Shown: piece by piece, positions 6,693 to 16,069 of the stretch
How the letters are laid out: each line of letters starts with the position of its first letter
Numbering within the stretch: position 1 is the first letter of the stretch
From: a virus
Length of the DNA stretch: 36,039 nt
Virus record (IMG/VR): IMGVR_UViG_3300045988_047146
Direction: 5' to 3' (one strand)
Notes under the pieces: model-generated
What the model saw: only the letters and a program-made list of their open reading frames with translations
Databases searched by the model: none
Told to the model about the DNA's origin: nothing
Position numbers and translations under genes: made by a program

Positions 6693-7758
6693 AGGTTAAT
6701 CCCTCCAATTCATTCTTGAACAGGTTGAAGAACAGGTCGTCCGTCTTCCTGATCAAGTGGTAACTGTTGCCGTGTTCGGCGTGACCGGTCCACGAAGAAT
6801 AGGATTGAAGAATCGTTTCGAAGTCGATCCGGCCTTCGTCCAGAAGGTGACGGTATTTCTTCAATTTCCTTCGGATTCGGTTCTTGCTTTCACGGCGGAC
6901 TTTTCTGACGACTTTTCCGGTGTCGGTCAGATAGGTCCTAAATCCCAGGAAGTCGATTCCCTGGGTTAAGGGGAAAATGGCCGTCTTTTGATTCAATTCC
7001 AGTCCTAAAGGGACCAGATACTTCTTGATTTCTTCCAGACAATAACGAAGATAGTCCTTGTCAGGGTGAATCAAATAGAAGTCGTCCATGTAGCGGCCGT
7101 ACATTTTGATTCCCAGACGTTCCTTGATCATGTGATCCATTCCGGACAGGTACAGAACGGCGAACCACTGTGAAGTATGGTTTCCGATCGGGATTCCTGG
7201 TCCTTCGGTGGAATCTATGATCATATCCAGAAGCCACAAGACGTCGCGGTCTTTGATAAGCCGGCGAAGCTGTTCTTTCAGAACGTCGTGATTGATACTG
7301 TAAAAATACTTTCGAATATCGCATTTCAGGACCCAGCCGTCCGCCCCGTTCTGTCGGTAGTACCTCGACATGAAATATTTCAGGCGGTCAAGTCCGAAGT
7401 GCGTTCCTTTGCCTTTCTGGCTTGCGTAGTTGTCGTATATGAAAGTTTTCGAAAGGTACGGTTCCAGGACATTATCGCAAAGACTGTGCTGAACGATTTT
7501 GTCGCGGAAGCTGTTATACATGATCAGTCGTTCCTTCGGTTCTTTCACAATGAAGCAGTTATAAGGCGACAGGCGGTATTTGTGGGCCGATAACATGAAA
7601 TGAACGAACATAAGGTTTTCAAGGACGTTCACTTCGTATTTGCAGACCGCATATTTCCACCGTTTACCTTTGCGCGCTTCTGTATACGATTGATATAGAC
7701 TGTTAAAGTCGATCACCTTCGCGAAGTCAGAAAGATTCAATGTCTGGTCTTCGCTCAA
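6502..7758 (-). CDS. DGR reverse transcriptase
   Basis: Motifs IPIGNHTSQ (DGR-type SQ motif), YMDDFYLI (YxDD catalytic box) and a thumb-like segment LNQKTAIFPLTQGIDFLGF. TTG start with ribosome-binding site AAGGAGG. Lies adjacent to the TR. Confidence 0.85.
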   Translation of the reverse strand: MSEDQTLNLSDFAKVIDFNSLYQSYTEARKGKRWKYAVCKYEVNVLENLMFVHFMLSAHKYRLSPYNCFIVKEPKERLIMYNSFRDKIVQHSLCDNVLEPYLSKTFIYDNYASQKGKGTHFGLDRLKYFMSRYYRQNGADGWVLKCDIRKYFYSINHDVLKEQLRRLIKDRDVLWLLDMIIDSTEGPGIPIGNHTSQWFAVLYLSGMDHMIKERLGIKMYGRYMDDFYLIHPDKDYLRYCLEEIKKYLVPLGLELNQKTAIFPLTQGIDFLGFRTYLTDTGKVVRKVRRESKNRIRRKLKKYRHLLDEGRIDFETILQSYSSWTGHAEHGNSYHLIRKTDDLFFNLFKNELEGLTYGKITIRFARWKRCQVDEHEIQRESDQVDRGNPGHSQRPNGPGDRENDHSEMLRREGAFEHER

Positions 7759-7926
7759 AATAAAAATCCTCCTTGACGCTTACAGTCCGGCCGTCACAGT
7801 AGGAAGGCCATTCGTCGTCAATCTTGTGTTTACCGTGGCCTTTCCGGCACTTCGGAAGGAAATGACCTCCTTTGTTGGGGTACTCTGTTTTCAGGTTCTT
7901 CGCCTTACTCGGTCGCGTTTTCCACC

Positions 7927-8030
7927 AAATCCGGCCGAACGCCATTGTTGCCATTGTACGCGTTGTTGTTGTTCAGACTGCCGTCCGTGTTGACATTGCG
8001 CGCATTGTACGCGTTGCCGGCGTACGGGGT
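7927..8030 (-). repeat. DGR template repeat (TR)
   Basis: Non-coding in its own context (an in-frame stop lies just upstream). The coding-strand sense encodes PYAGNAYNARNVNTDGSLNNNNAYNGNNGVRPD and contains 30 adenines in AAC/AAT-rich codons. 18 of those adenines are the only variable sites in VR1 and VR2. The GC-rich 3' end GGCGTTCGGCCGG is identical in all three copies. Confidence 0.85.
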
Positions 8031-8053
8031 AACAGGTCATTCCCTAAATATCA

Positions 8054-8512
8054 TTACACGCTTTCCGGTATAGGGTCCGACGGGGCGATCGCTTCGGCGG
8101 TGTCCTGTTCGGCCTTGTACCATTTTGCGGTCATGAACTTAACGTCCAGGGTCAACTTCGTCCAATAGTCAAAGGTGTCCTTGTCGATATAGCTTCGCTT
8201 CTTCGATAATTCGATCATGTGAAGCAGTTTCTTGCACTCGGTCAAGGCGGCCCTTTGTAAACGAAGCCGTTCTGTCCGGTCCGCTTCTGTGCGGATCGGA
8301 AATATTTCGTTTGCTTCCAGTAAGCCGTCGTATATGGCCATGACGTGGCCCTGAATCTTGTTTGTGATCGAAAAACGGACGCGCTTCGGAAAGCGTTTCG
8401 CGTTGTCGGTCAGGTCCAGGGTGTAGTCGATCAGTTTTTCGGCCACCGGAAGAACGTGAAGCGGACTGTCATTTTTATTCGAAGTCCGCTGGTAGTTTCT
8501 TCTTGTTCCCAT
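8054..8512 (-). CDS. avd: Avd-like accessory variability determinant (four-helix-bundle protein)
   Basis: Basic, helical protein of about 150 aa immediately upstream of the TR. The region LPVAEKLIDYTLDLTDNAKRFPKRVRF resembles the four-helix-bundle/Avd family. The start is uncertain (M24 chosen; the ORF extends to 8581). Confidence 0.55.
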   Translation of the reverse strand: MGTRRNYQRTSNKNDSPLHVLPVAEKLIDYTLDLTDNAKRFPKRVRFSITNKIQGHVMAIYDGLLEANEIFPIRTEADRTERLRLQRAALTECKKLLHMIELSKKRSYIDKDTFDYWTKLTLDVKFMTAKWYKAEQDTAEAIAPSDPIPESV

Positions 8513-8732
8513 AGATACACCTTCGCTTTCGGATATTTTCGACGGTTTCCGGATCGCCGGAATAGTCGAAGCCATAATCACGAAGGACGACGGTTTCTTC
8601 CTGTCCTTCGTAGGTTACGCCACACAGGACCACGCTGTCGCCCTCACAGTGGCCACAGACGGGCCGAATTTCCGTGAATAGGTTCGATATAAGGCAAGAC
8701 GTTTCCGACGGCGTGGCGCCGATTCTGGTCAT
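8475..8732 (-). CDS. Small Cys-containing hypothetical protein
   Basis: 85 aa with a CxHC...C motif. Lies between the tail fiber gene and avd and overlaps the avd start region. Confidence 0.3.
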   Translation of the reverse strand: MTRIGATPSETSCLISNLFTEIRPVCGHCEGDSVVLCGVTYEGQEETVVLRDYGFDYSGDPETVENIRKRRCIYGNKKKLPADFE

Positions 8733-9475
8733 AAATAAAGACGGTTCAGGGATTGATCCAGAATACCTTCCGGAATTCCTGTTCCGTCGTAGCCTTTCCA
8801 GTATTGAAGCTGTGCAGGAACGAAAGTGTGTGTGACGGTTGTTCCGGTGAATCCGGTGTTTAACTGTTCAAGGATCGACTGAATGTCGTTGTCCTGGCGC
8901 CGCTGAACCTGTTCCGTGGTTTCGCCGGTCGTTTCGTTGATCGTTGTTGCGGCCTGGGTATGAAGCACAGGCGCGGCGTATGCGGTCATTTGCGCGGTTG
9001 TCACGAAGGAACCGACGCCCACCTGGACAGATACGGCCGCCGCTTCCTGGTTGGTGATAAAGACGGCCAGGTCGTGAATGTGGACCGTGTCGGCGTCCTC
9101 TTCAAAGGTTGTCGCCGGAAGGACGTTGTCACTGTCTTCGCCGTCAAGCCAGCCATAGCAGAAAAGAATTTCGTTTCCGCTGATGTCCAGGCCGAAGACG
9201 CCGATTTCCCTGATCCAGACATTCGATTCCAGACCTTCGTTTGTCACCTGTACCGGAATTTGCATGATCGAAGGCGAACCTTCGACCAGTTCCTTTTCGG
9301 ACAGGTTGGCGCTGACGTTTTCCACGTTTACAAGATCGGTCAGTGTATTCGGGCTGGCCTGGGCGACGCCGCTTCCGGCGGCCGCGCGTGTCAGTATCAA
9401 TTTCTGTCCGGACGCGATAAGGGCCGTTAGGGCTTCGCTTCCGCCGTCCGTGACAATGGACTTGAATTTTGCCAT
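8729..9475 (-). CDS. Tail fiber protein with a tail-collar fibre-like N-terminus
   Basis: 248 aa. The N-terminus MAKFKSIVTDGGSEALTALIASGQKLILTRAAAGSG resembles the phage tail-collar fibre domain. Follows the baseplate genes. Confidence 0.65.
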   Translation of the reverse strand: MAKFKSIVTDGGSEALTALIASGQKLILTRAAAGSGVAQASPNTLTDLVNVENVSANLSEKELVEGSPSIMQIPVQVTNEGLESNVWIREIGVFGLDISGNEILFCYGWLDGEDSDNVLPATTFEEDADTVHIHDLAVFITNQEAAAVSVQVGVGSFVTTAQMTAYAAPVLHTQAATTINETTGETTEQVQRRQDNDIQSILEQLNTGFTGTTVTHTFVPAQLQYWKGYDGTGIPEGILDQSLNRLYL

Positions 9476-9488
9476 TCGTTTTTCCTCC

Positions 9489-10016
9489 TTACGTTGCCGG
9501 CGTGTATTTGTGCCGGTTCATTGTAGCCATAGCGGAACAGGCGGCCGTTTTGGCCGGTTGGTCGTCTTGTGGAATATCCGTCCGCAAGCGAAGAACCAGA
9601 TTCGCCGGAATCATTTGTCCCAGGGTTGCCGCCAATGCGTCGCGTTGGGCGTAGCCTTCCAGGCGGATTCTGATATATAGATCGTAGGCGTTTTCGTTTA
9701 GGGTGACTGTGAAGTCTTCGCTGACCGTTGCAAGGTATTTCAAAAGGGTCCTGTAAGTATAGGGAAGCTGATCCAGGTACTTAATCAGGATTCGGTCGCG
9801 GCGGTCCTGTACTGTGTCCCCAGGCGCCGCAGAAAGCCCCAGAATCTTTTCCCAGCGTTCGCACCCATATTCGGACAGGGACACCAGAAAAAAGTCGTCA
9901 GCGGCCGATTTTACGTCACTGACGGCATTTTCGAATTCGGGTTGTTCCGCGTTGGCGATCTGCTGAAACTCGATCAGTTCTTGCAGATAGCGCGGCCAGT
10001 ATTCTTTAAGAACCAT
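9489..10016 (-). CDS. Tail protein, XkdU/YmfQ-like (DUF2313)
   Basis: 175 aa. Position and composition match PBSX XkdU-like baseplate-associated proteins. Confidence 0.5.
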   Translation of the reverse strand: MVLKEYWPRYLQELIEFQQIANAEQPEFENAVSDVKSAADDFFLVSLSEYGCERWEKILGLSAAPGDTVQDRRDRILIKYLDQLPYTYRTLLKYLATVSEDFTVTLNENAYDLYIRIRLEGYAQRDALAATLGQMIPANLVLRLRTDIPQDDQPAKTAACSAMATMNRHKYTPAT

Positions 10017-11085
10017 TTGTCACCACCCCCAGAACCGGAATCGCATTTGAAGCCAGGGGAATATTTTGTGTTCCTCCGTTGATTTTGGTTCCGGTGATGT
10101 CGATCACGCCTTCGACATTCAGGACCTTCGTTTCGATCTGGCTGACGCGGACGACAAGGTTTTCTTGTTCGTCCCAGGTTTTGGCCAGGCTGTCAAAGTA
10201 GTCCTGAATAGCTTTCTTCACAGACGTTTCGACGGTCGACCAGGTGGCCGAACCGGAAAAAGTCAGAGTGAAAGACACGTTGATCGTGGTTCCGGTCACA
10301 CCTTCGACCGTGACGACGTGTCCGATCGGGGCGATACCGTCACCGACGCCCTGGTTCTGAACCGGATCGACGGCCGTTTGAACGCTGTTGACAAGGTCGG
10401 AAGAAGGGATTCCCCAGTCGCTATTTACAAAGACGATCTTCACGGTTCCACCGCCATTCCACACAGGGAACACTTTGACGGCGCCGACACCTTGAAGAAG
10501 TTCGACCTTTGTTTTGTAGTCGGCCTTATTTCCGCCGTATGCCTGGGCCTGTAAGCTGTCCATATAGCGGTCAAGAAGGTCTTCGTCGCTTTCTTCGTCT
10601 TCACCGTTGATCAGAATGTCCGCAAGTCTGGCCGCGCCCAGTCCTTCCACGTAGTCGATCGGGAAAAGGTTTCCCTGGTACTGGTTGCCGGCCGCGCCTG
10701 GCGTTTCGCACAGAAGGCGAAACTGTCCGGTTGCGATCTTTTCGGTGACGGTATAGTTCAGATTGTCACCGGAAAAACGCGTTCCGATCGGCACGTCCAT
10801 AGCGGCGCCGTTTCCGTCTTCAAAATAGCCCTTTCGAATTGCGGCGGTTGCCGGTGTTCGGAAGATACTTCTTTCGCGGACTTTCTTTGTCAGGTCGTCG
10901 CCGGATTCCGTATCAGGAAAAGCGCGGTCCATAAGGTAGGCCAGTTCGATATACATGATCGCCAGTTCGGCCGCCGCCGGCGCTATGGCGTCATATACGA
11001 CGGAACCTTCGCGTTTGTCGATAGAAGAAGACACGCGGTCCAGACAGCGGTCCATAATGTTTTCGAAGGTCATATCCTCATACAT
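10006..11085 (-). CDS. Baseplate J-like protein (XkdT-like)
   Basis: 359 aa, with the size and order expected after XkdS and before XkdU. Acidic N-terminus typical of Baseplate_J. Confidence 0.65.
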   Translation of the reverse strand: MYEDMTFENIMDRCLDRVSSSIDKREGSVVYDAIAPAAAELAIMYIELAYLMDRAFPDTESGDDLTKKVRERSIFRTPATAAIRKGYFEDGNGAAMDVPIGTRFSGDNLNYTVTEKIATGQFRLLCETPGAAGNQYQGNLFPIDYVEGLGAARLADILINGEDEESDEDLLDRYMDSLQAQAYGGNKADYKTKVELLQGVGAVKVFPVWNGGGTVKIVFVNSDWGIPSSDLVNSVQTAVDPVQNQGVGDGIAPIGHVVTVEGVTGTTINVSFTLTFSGSATWSTVETSVKKAIQDYFDSLAKTWDEQENLVVRVSQIETKVLNVEGVIDITGTKINGGTQNIPLASNAIPVLGVVTNGS

Positions 11086-11500
11086 TCACGTTCACCTCGC
11101 TTTCAATAGGTATTTCGCCGAAGATAGTTTCGGCCGTGAACTTCACGGAAGCGGTTCTTTTGTCAATCTGGGCCACTTCGAAGTCTGTGACGTCGGTGAT
11201 CCGGCTGTCTGCCAGAAGGGCTTCGCGAATTACACGTTTTATTTCACTTGCAAACACTTGAAAGCTTTTCCCGACAACGGCGTTCAGTTCAATTCCGTAA
11301 TTCCAGGAATAGATCAGGTATTCGAAGCGTTCTGTTTGCAGTATCTTGTAAATGGCCTGTTTCATGGCTTCCGTTTCATCACAGAAGCCACCGACGCGGC
11401 CGGCGTCGAAGTCGATTTTGAATGTTCTTGTCGGCGCTTCGGCGGCGGTCTGAACCTCCACGTCTTCGCCGATCGTTACGTTTAACGCGTTCGGTATCAT
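11078..11500 (-). CDS. Baseplate protein XkdS-like (DUF2634)
   Basis: Start moved to the ATG at 11500 (MIPNALNV) with ribosome-binding site GGAAGGG. The longer ORF would overlap the upstream gene by 64 bp. Confidence 0.5.
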   Translation of the reverse strand: MIPNALNVTIGEDVEVQTAAEAPTRTFKIDFDAGRVGGFCDETEAMKQAIYKILQTERFEYLIYSWNYGIELNAVVGKSFQVFASEIKRVIREALLADSRITDVTDFEVAQIDKRTASVKFTAETIFGEIPIESEVNVNV

Positions 11501-11504
11501 AAAA

Positions 11505-11909
11505 TCACACCCTTCCCAGGACAAGGAACGCCTGTCCGCCAGCATTTCGCAGAAGGACCACTTTGTCACCGACGGCCAGGCCGTAATAATATTCGGACTT
11601 TGCGTCGGTGTTGGTCTGGTAGTTGCTTTTCAAGGTGTGGGAATGTGCCGCGAAGGACGCGTCGCCGCTTCCACCTGACTTTTCTTCGGTGGAAGGGCTA
11701 CCCTTGACGCCGGTGTGGTAGTGGGTAGGATAGAAGCCGGCCTGGAATTCCTTCATAACCACAATAGCGTCGCCGGATATGTCGAACCGGTTGTCGACGC
11801 GGATCGTCAAGGGCGACGTCTTCGTCACGGAACCGAACAGAAAAGCCGTCGGCATACCGGCGTCGTTGGTCGCTTGTGCGACTTGTTTCATAGTTTCAAG
11901 AAGTCCCAT
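11505..11909 (-). CDS. XkdR-like phage protein (DUF2577)
   Basis: 134 aa, in the conserved position between XkdQ and XkdS. Confidence 0.5.
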   Translation of the reverse strand: MGLLETMKQVAQATNDAGMPTAFLFGSVTKTSPLTIRVDNRFDISGDAIVVMKEFQAGFYPTHYHTGVKGSPSTEEKSGGSGDASFAAHSHTLKSNYQTNTDAKSEYYYGLAVGDKVVLLRNAGGQAFLVLGRV

Positions 11910-11910
11910 A

Positions 11911-12867
11911 TTACACCACCTTTAATTTCAAGGACATTGTTTCTTTCAAAAGGTCGTGCGTGGCTTCTTCGACTATGAAGAAGGATTTCACGCCCACGGC
12001 GCCGATCCCGATATACAAGGCGCGGCCGGCTCTGACTGACAGGTCCGCGATTGCGCTGACGCTGAAAGATCGCTTCGGTCTGTTGTATAGTTCCAACATT
12101 TGTCCGCCGCGTTTCTTGATCTGGGCTTCGTTCATGTCTTCGTCAACCACTTCATAGTCTTGCAGAATACCCCACAAGGTCATATTTTTAGAATCCTGGA
12201 AGATATAAACGTCACGTTTTCCGGTCTTCTTGTTGTCCTTGACCAGTTTGATCTTGTTGTAGGCTTCGGAATCAATTTCTGATTCGTAGGTGAAGCCTGT
12301 CGCCAGACTGCCGTCGCCGACAAAAAGGTCCAGTTTTGCCGTTTCGACGTCTGTCAAGGTCAGTTTCCCGAAGTTATCCCACAGGACGAACATTTTTCCT
12401 GTATTGATCAGGGTGTAGTCGATAGCCTTCAAGACAATGTCGAAAAGCGTCTGGCCGTCTTCAATCATAGACGGTATAGAATATCCGGTGTTTGCCAGGC
12501 TTCCGGTTTTCAATTTGAAGTCTTCGGCGATCTGCTTCAATACCTGATCCGCACGTTTCCCCTTGAAAACATAGGTGTCCTTGTTTTTCTTCAAATACCA
12601 GGTCTGATCGTAAGCCGTGATCTGAACCTGTTCCTTTTCGTTCTGGCTGATTTTTACGACGTAGCCATAAAACAGTCCGGTTTTATCGTCTAACAGGGTG
12701 ACGATTCCGCCGTGGCTCCACTGTATTTCGTCGTTGACAATGGCGGTCAGTTCCAGGGAAGCGGGGGAACCGGACCGTTTTGTCGACCATTTCGCGCCAC
12801 TGACAAGCGTCGTTATATCGAACGCCGCGCCTGTGACGTTATTCTGGTATTGAATACGAATGGCCAT
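11911..12867 (-). CDS. XkdQ-like / late control gene D-like tail protein
   Basis: 318 aa, following the LysM tail protein as in PBSX. Confidence 0.55.
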   Translation of the reverse strand: MAIRIQYQNNVTGAAFDITTLVSGAKWSTKRSGSPASLELTAIVNDEIQWSHGGIVTLLDDKTGLFYGYVVKISQNEKEQVQITAYDQTWYLKKNKDTYVFKGKRADQVLKQIAEDFKLKTGSLANTGYSIPSMIEDGQTLFDIVLKAIDYTLINTGKMFVLWDNFGKLTLTDVETAKLDLFVGDGSLATGFTYESEIDSEAYNKIKLVKDNKKTGKRDVYIFQDSKNMTLWGILQDYEVVDEDMNEAQIKKRGGQMLELYNRPKRSFSVSAIADLSVRAGRALYIGIGAVGVKSFFIVEEATHDLLKETMSLKLKVV

Positions 12868-13523
12868 TATGGAATTGTGAAAACCTGGCCAGGGTAGATC
12901 AGATTCGGGTTCTTTCCGATCGTCCCCTTGTTGGCGTTATAGATTTTTGTATAGTCGCTTCCCTTGCCATAGAATTTCTTCGCGATATTCCACAGGCAGT
13001 CGCCTTTTTTGACCGTATAGGTTTTCGATTTCTTTTCAGGCTTTCCGGCCCTGGCCGGTTCCTGGGTTTTCGCCGGTGTGTTCTTCTTTTCCGGAAGGAC
13101 AATTTTCTTCGGCGACGTGTCTTTCCATTCGTACAGTTTGATCGTATAGTACAGGTCGCCCAGTTCGCCGGACCGTTCTTCGTATTCGAAGGATTCGATC
13201 CCCATTCGAATATTACACTCCAGGTCTGTTCCTGTTATCAGGAAGCGGACCGGCGTTTTGCTGTCCCTGGCTTTCTGGATTGCCTGAATAATAGAAATAG
13301 GGTCCCGAACCTGTCCGGTAGTGTACGGCGCGGAATCGGCCGGAAAGAAACTTTCCCAGGACAGAATCCGAAGGCCCTTTTTACGTAAAAGAAGGACTTC
13401 GCCCAGGTCAAGCACTGTTACACGCTCATTTTTCCCAGGCGAAGACACGTTCAGTTTCGCCGGAAGGACGGGAATGTTGATTTCCCGTCCACCGACGATT
13501 AGTGTCATTCGGTAGTTGCTCAT
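12867..13523 (-). CDS. LysM-domain tail protein (XkdP-like)
   Basis: 218 aa. C-terminal LysM motif YTVKKGDCLWNIAKKFYGKGSDYTKIYNAN. Confidence 0.7.
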   Translation of the reverse strand: MSNYRMTLIVGGREINIPVLPAKLNVSSPGKNERVTVLDLGEVLLLRKKGLRILSWESFFPADSAPYTTGQVRDPISIIQAIQKARDSKTPVRFLITGTDLECNIRMGIESFEYEERSGELGDLYYTIKLYEWKDTSPKKIVLPEKKNTPAKTQEPARAGKPEKKSKTYTVKKGDCLWNIAKKFYGKGSDYTKIYNANKGTIGKNPNLIYPGQVFTIP

Positions 13524-15427
13524 TAGTTATACACTCCTTCCGCCGCCGCTGTGAATTCGTCTTCCAGCTTGCTTTCGATTCGTTCGACGACTTCGTCGAC
13601 GTCGACCTTTTCGCTGATCTGGGCTTCGACAGCCACAGTCGGCGTCAAGGTGACGAAGTTCTGGACATAGCGCATTTCGGCCACGTCGCGAAGGAATTTC
13701 AGGTCTTCATCGGCGATATTTACGTCGCTGTCAATTTTTCCGACCGATCCCACGGAATCGACTTTCCCGACGTCGTTTGTCCCGTCGACATTCCAGTCCG
13801 TGGCGCCGACGTCAGACTTCGCCTGTGCGGCTTCCGCTTTGGCGTTGGCGTAGGTCTTAGACAGTGCGGCCGTAGCGTCAGCAAGTTCTTTCTTCGCCGC
13901 CGAATAGGTGGCGTCACGCTGGGCCTGTGCGGCCTTGATGTCCGATTCGTACTTGTTCAAGGCGTCGGCTCTGGCTTGCTTCGCGGCTTCGTTTTCTGCC
14001 TTTGCTGTCGTGGCGAAGGTTACTTGTTCGACCGCGTCAATGCTGACACCAGGAATCTTGTTCAGTAAGCCGATAAACTTGTTTATGATGTCGATCGCGC
14101 CGTTGACCATATTTTGAAGGATTGTCAGGACGTTTACTTTCATATCGCCCATATATCCGGCTATGGCCACGCCGGCCCTTTGCCAGCATAGTTTCAGCTT
14201 GTCAATCAGGTTCGCGATCCAGTTATAGGTTGCAAAGAACGCCACCTTCAAGGCCGCCCAGGCGACCACAAGGGCCGCTTTGCAGATTTCCCAGGCGTTT
14301 TTCACGCCACCGACAGCCTGAATCATTCTGTAAAGCGCGGCGACGACAACGCCGACCGCAAGGGCGATCCAGAAAAGCGGATTCGTCAAAAGCGTCGTAA
14401 AGAAAGCCTTCGCGGCTCCGTCAGCGATCCAGGTTGCGGCCGTCTGGATTCCCAGCGCCACAGCATAGGCAAGGGCGGCACTGGCCAGGCCCCAGAAGAT
14501 CGGGGCGATAGTGGACCAGTTGTCATAAATCCATTGTGCGCCGGAACCGATCGCCTGAATAACAGGCGTAAAGGCTTCCAGGGCGATATTTTTCGCGATT
14601 GTCCAGACCTGGGCGAAGGTCATAGGCATAGCTTCAAACTTCGCGTTGATTTCGTCAGCAGACGCCAGCATGGCATTTTTGACGATCGTCGAAGTGATCT
14701 GACCGTCGGCGGCCATATCGCGAATTTTGCCGATAGGTACGTCAAGATAGTCCGCGATCGTCTGAATGATTGTCGGCGCCTGTTCGAAGACGCTGTTCAA
14801 TTCTTCACCACGAAGGACACCGGAAGACATGGCCTGTGTAAGCTGTAACATAGCCGCGTCGATACCGGCGGCCGAAGTGCCGGCGATCGTGAACTGTTTA
14901 TTGATCAATTCTGTAAACTTGATCAATTCGTCGTTGTTTGAAAAGGCGTCCTTTGCCATGATACCCATTTTCGAAACGGCGTCAGCCGTTGTCTGATAGG
15001 CGGCGCGGGACCGGTTGGCGGATTTCATAATCATAGACTGTAATTCGTCCGTGGTTTGAAGTCCGTCGTTCATTATGTCCAGTCTGGCCCTGGTCGACGT
15101 CATACTGTCCGCAAGTTCGATCACCTTTTGGACACTGATCGCCGCCAGGGCTGAACCAATAGCCTTTTTTACAAGGCCCCAGGCGGAAGCGACCTTTCGG
15201 GCGCCTTCCTCTGACTGGCGCTGGCGATTGTTGAAATTATCAACCTGGCCGGAAGCGCGACCGGCGGCCGAAGCCGCCCTGTCAAAGTTGGCCCCAGGGT
15301 TCACCTGGTCCGACAGTGCGTCCGTGGTTTCCAGGGCGCGGTTTGTCCTCGATACTGCCTGAAAGATTCGGTTCAGCTTCGAAGTCATACCGTCGCGAAT
15401 GGTCATTTGTGTAGCGACACCGGCCAC
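13523..15427 (-). CDS. Tail tape measure protein
   Basis: 634 aa, helical and Ala/Gln-rich with central transmembrane-like segments. Lies downstream of the chaperone pair. Confidence 0.85.
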   Translation of the reverse strand: MAGVATQMTIRDGMTSKLNRIFQAVSRTNRALETTDALSDQVNPGANFDRAASAAGRASGQVDNFNNRQRQSEEGARKVASAWGLVKKAIGSALAAISVQKVIELADSMTSTRARLDIMNDGLQTTDELQSMIMKSANRSRAAYQTTADAVSKMGIMAKDAFSNNDELIKFTELINKQFTIAGTSAAGIDAAMLQLTQAMSSGVLRGEELNSVFEQAPTIIQTIADYLDVPIGKIRDMAADGQITSTIVKNAMLASADEINAKFEAMPMTFAQVWTIAKNIALEAFTPVIQAIGSGAQWIYDNWSTIAPIFWGLASAALAYAVALGIQTAATWIADGAAKAFFTTLLTNPLFWIALAVGVVVAALYRMIQAVGGVKNAWEICKAALVVAWAALKVAFFATYNWIANLIDKLKLCWQRAGVAIAGYMGDMKVNVLTILQNMVNGAIDIINKFIGLLNKIPGVSIDAVEQVTFATTAKAENEAAKQARADALNKYESDIKAAQAQRDATYSAAKKELADATAALSKTYANAKAEAAQAKSDVGATDWNVDGTNDVGKVDSVGSVGKIDSDVNIADEDLKFLRDVAEMRYVQNFVTLTPTVAVEAQISEKVDVDEVVERIESKLEDEFTAAAEGVYN

Positions 15428-15433
15428 GGTTCA

Positions 15434-15625
15434 TCACCTTCCTTTCTTGCCTTTCCGTTTCGCTTTTTGTGCTTCTTTCTTTTCCTTTTCGATTTGAAGG
15501 TCAATCGAAGCATAAATAAAAGCCCGTTCCCGAAGGGGAAGGGCTACAAGCGTACTGGGAAGGATTTTCAACCGGTGCAAGGCGTAATGTGCGTAGACAG
15601 CTTCGCCGTCCGCGTCAGCGTCCAC
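15434..15625 (-). other. Extension frame of the tail assembly chaperone, reached by a -1 programmed frameshift
   Basis: The slippery heptamer A AAA AAC (15643-15649, minus sense) sits just before the TAA of the upstream gene. The -1 frame reads KKLITGGGVDADADGE... and runs to the stop at 15434. Confidence 0.6.
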
Positions 15626-15639
15626 ACCTCCACCGGTGA

Positions 15640-16047
15640 TTAGTTTTTTGCTTCTTCGCGAAGGTCGTTCACGTCGTCAGAAAAGCCGTTGACTTCCTGG
15701 ACACCCAGAAGAAGATCGACGAACTGGCCAGGCTTCAAAAGGACGTCGATCAAGGATTCGGCGCCCATGACACCGAATTTCGCTTGAAGTTCCGCGTCCT
15801 TGAAGTTCGGGTCCACACAGCACGCGATCACAAGACGGTTATTGTAAAGGTCCTGATCCGTTTCCGTGGTCTTCTGGTGTGTCTTCTTGTCGAAGGTGAT
15901 TTTCTGGCAAGACTTACGAATGGCCTTGTTTTCGCCTTCGGTGATCGACTTGATCGTGAAAGGAACAGGGAAGCCGCTGACCGTGACTTCCGCTGTTGCC
16001 TGAATGTCGTCCTGGTTGGACATAAGGAATTCCTGTAATTTACCCAT
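15640..16047 (-). CDS. Tail assembly chaperone (XkdN-like)
   Basis: 135 aa, between the tail tube and tape measure genes. Ends in the slippery site. Confidence 0.65.
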   Translation of the reverse strand: MGKLQEFLMSNQDDIQATAEVTVSGFPVPFTIKSITEGENKAIRKSCQKITFDKKTHQKTTETDQDLYNNRLVIACCVDPNFKDAELQAKFGVMGAESLIDVLLKPGQFVDLLLGVQEVNGFSDDVNDLREEAKN

Positions 16048-16069
16048 TTTGTTTTCCTCCTTTGATAGC

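Noticed and set aside
7727-7954. ORFs beginning MATMAFGR at 7727-7954 and 30360-30764
   Set aside because: The shared N-terminus is an artefact of the TR/VR repeat read in a non-coding frame. Only the downstream part of 30360-30764 (from MKKTTF) is a plausible gene.
8513-8581. Upstream extension of the avd ORF (MIMASTIPAIRKPSK...)
   Set aside because: The Avd-like helical core begins near LPVAEKL. The extension overlaps the preceding ORF and has no clear ribosome-binding site. It is kept only as start uncertainty.
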